From assembly GCA_963743305.1 (NCBI GenBank), contig CAVUPH010000014.1, positions 64,001-128,000 of the forward strand: 64,000 nucleotides of DNA. The letters run 5' to 3'. Positions 62,447-64,000 of the stretch are shown piece after piece. A program made the translations under genes and the position numbers. A model generated the notes under the pieces. The model saw only the letters and a program-made list of their open reading frames with translations. It had not been told where the DNA came from and ran no database searches. The stretch is from an uncultured delta proteobacterium (GTDB lineage Bacteria; Desulfobacterota; RBG-13-43-22). Each line of letters starts with the position of its first letter. Position 1 is the stretch's first letter.

Positions 62447-62923
62447 TCAGAAGCCCATCTGGGCCATGGCAATCCGGCCGCGTTTTTGAAGCTCCTCTGC
62501 GCTTAGATCCTCCTTATGGGTTCCTATCCCCCAGGAATGACCGAAAGGGTCGGTCACCTGGCCGAAACGGTCGCCCCAGAACATATCCGCAACCGGCATA
62601 TCTACCTGGGCTCCCGCGGCCACTGCCTGATTGAAGGTCCGGTCAACATCCGGAACATATAAATAAAGTGTGATCGTCGTACCGCCCAACGATTGGGGCG
62701 ACCGGCATTTGCCGCCGGGCATTTCGTCGGACAGCATGATCGTGGAATCGCCCAGCCTTAGTTCGACGTGGGCCACCTTTCCTTGTGGTCCATCCAGGCG
62801 AAACGTTTCTTCTGCACCGAAGGCCTTTTTGTAAAAAGTGATGGCTTCTGCGGCGTTATGCACGGTCAGATAGGTGTTGACGCTATGATAGCCATCCGGA
62901 ATCTGTTTCGCCGAATCGGCCAT
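62447..62923 (-). CDS. VOC/PhnB-family protein
   Basis: IPDGYHSV..YL, AI.FYKKAFGA, DMFWGDR.G...DPFGH.W. Confidence 0.92.
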   Translation of the reverse strand: MADSAKQIPDGYHSVNTYLTVHNAAEAITFYKKAFGAEETFRLDGPQGKVAHVELRLGDSTIMLSDEMPGGKCRSPQSLGGTTITLYLYVPDVDRTFNQAVAAGAQVDMPVADMFWGDRFGQVTDPFGHSWGIGTHKEDLSAEELQKRGRIAMAQMGF

Positions 62924-63174
62924 GGTTTTTTCCTCCTCTACCGATGAATTTAAATTCTTTCGTAAATTGTATAGAAATTTTTGGAGAGGTAAATACTCAG
63001 AATCCGGTATTTTGGACAAAAAGAAGTAGTATCTTAGGAAGATTTTTCCCCTTTCGCCATTCATTGATTACTTCTTCAATTCGCTCGTACGGAAATCCGG
63101 GCCAGATTTCATGACCTGTGAAAACATCGGTGTTAGGAATTGGGCGAATTCAGACCTCAGTCTGGATAAATAAT

Positions 63175-64000
63175 TCACCCGGCCCGATGGGGATCTGATT
63201 TCGGGGACCGTTCGAGGAGGTGTCGCGCCAGCGGTTGAAGAAGTTGCGGGGACAGATAGATGGGGAACTGAGAAAGCGCGAAATAAACCCAGGTGAAGTC
63301 GGGCAAGACTCCACCGGTCGCCGCCAGCATCAGCCCCAGGTTACGCTGGGAAGCCATGAACCCCAGCGCCAGGGCACGCCCCCGCCCGGCGGAAAAAAAC
63401 AGGAGCGTCGTCAGGAAAAGGATTCCGAAGAAGACCGCGAAAGCCAACGCAGCCAGGGCCAGGGTGGTCATCGGGGCGGCTAGGAATCGAACGCCGACCC
63501 CTTCCATGACAGCCGCCACGAAGACAAAAAGGACAAGAATATTGAGGCCGTTCAGTTTTTCTTTTTGACCTTCGATGGCCGCCAGGCCAAAAACTCGGCG
63601 CAGGAAAAATCCAACCAAAGCGGCACCCGCGAGGATGGCGAATAATTTGGTCGCCAGGCCCAGCGGTGCAATCGAGAGACTTGGTCCAACGAAAACGTAG
63701 GCAAACAAGGGCCCCGTTATGGGGATCAGCGCCGTGCTGCTGATCAAGGTGACCAAAACCAGCGTGGCATCCAACCCCATTAAGGCGGCTAACGAGGGAG
63801 CGGCCATCATCGGCGAAGCTACGGCCTGCAACATGAGCGAGAGAAACAAGTCGGGGTCCTGTTTATCGAGACCCCAGGCGTGCCCGCCCACGCCAAACAG
63901 GACCGGAATGGCCAGAGAAGTCCAGGCCGTGGCCGCCAGCACGAGGGCAGGACGACGAAGACAGGCCTTGAAACTGGCGGTGTCCACCCGAAGGAAGGCG
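63175..64000 (-). CDS. Bile acid:Na+ symporter-like membrane protein (5' truncated by the window)
   Basis: Multi-TM protein, ASP..AAP, QRNLGL motif. Confidence 0.7.
   Translation of the reverse strand, partial: AFLRVDTASFKACLRRPALVLAATAWTSLAIPVLFGVGGHAWGLDKQDPDLFLSLMLQAVASPMMAAPSLAALMGLDATLVLVTLISSTALIPITGPLFAYVFVGPSLSIAPLGLATKLFAILAGAALVGFFLRRVFGLAAIEGQKEKLNGLNILVLFVFVAAVMEGVGVRFLAAPMTTLALAALAFAVFFGILFLTTLLFFSAGRGRALALGFMASQRNLGLMLAATGGVLPDFTWVYFALSQFPIYLSPQLLQPLARHLLERSPKSDPHRAG

Overview
This is a 64 kb bacterial window whose gene content points to an anaerobic Desulfobacterota (deltaproteobacterium). It has four parts. (1) <1-14.3 kb: a TunR-like regulator, a chromate transporter, two FtsX/LolCDE-type ABC exporter modules, Spy/CpxP proteins and an ECF sigma/anti-sigma locus. 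(2) 14.3-20.4 kb: an IS21 element, enoyl-CoA hydratase and SDR genes, gene scraps and a solitary attC cassette. (3) 20.4-51.8 kb: a large Mo/W-Se-S redox island. It holds MoaD, duplicated yqeB-padR-modABC modules, an OprO/P porin, MoeA-like and MocA-like genes, the selenoprotein ArsS, a non-canonical 8/4 tRNA-Sec-like tRNA with Cys identity (selC*, anticodon GCA, U73) next to a divergent selB (selB*), Cys-type MvhD and HdrD-like genes, a [NiFe] hydrogenase, and a double-cubane-protein/SaoD/YdjY/rhodanese operon. (4) 52-64 kb: housekeeping genes (gpmA, threonine ammonia-lyase, Gld-like ABC, dnaJ and others). The most striking unannotated signal is a 52-codon leader ORF (39017-38859, minus strand). 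It has a perfect SD, two in-frame UGA codons and an fdhF-like SECIS hairpin, and it lies upstream of the Cys-form mvhD-hdrD-selC*-selB* block. It is a candidate selenium-sensing attenuator for a cysteine back-up recoding system. About a dozen genes carry single-base frameshifts, most likely sequencing or assembly errors, so single-base claims need read-level confirmation. All calls come from reading the sequence; no searches were run.
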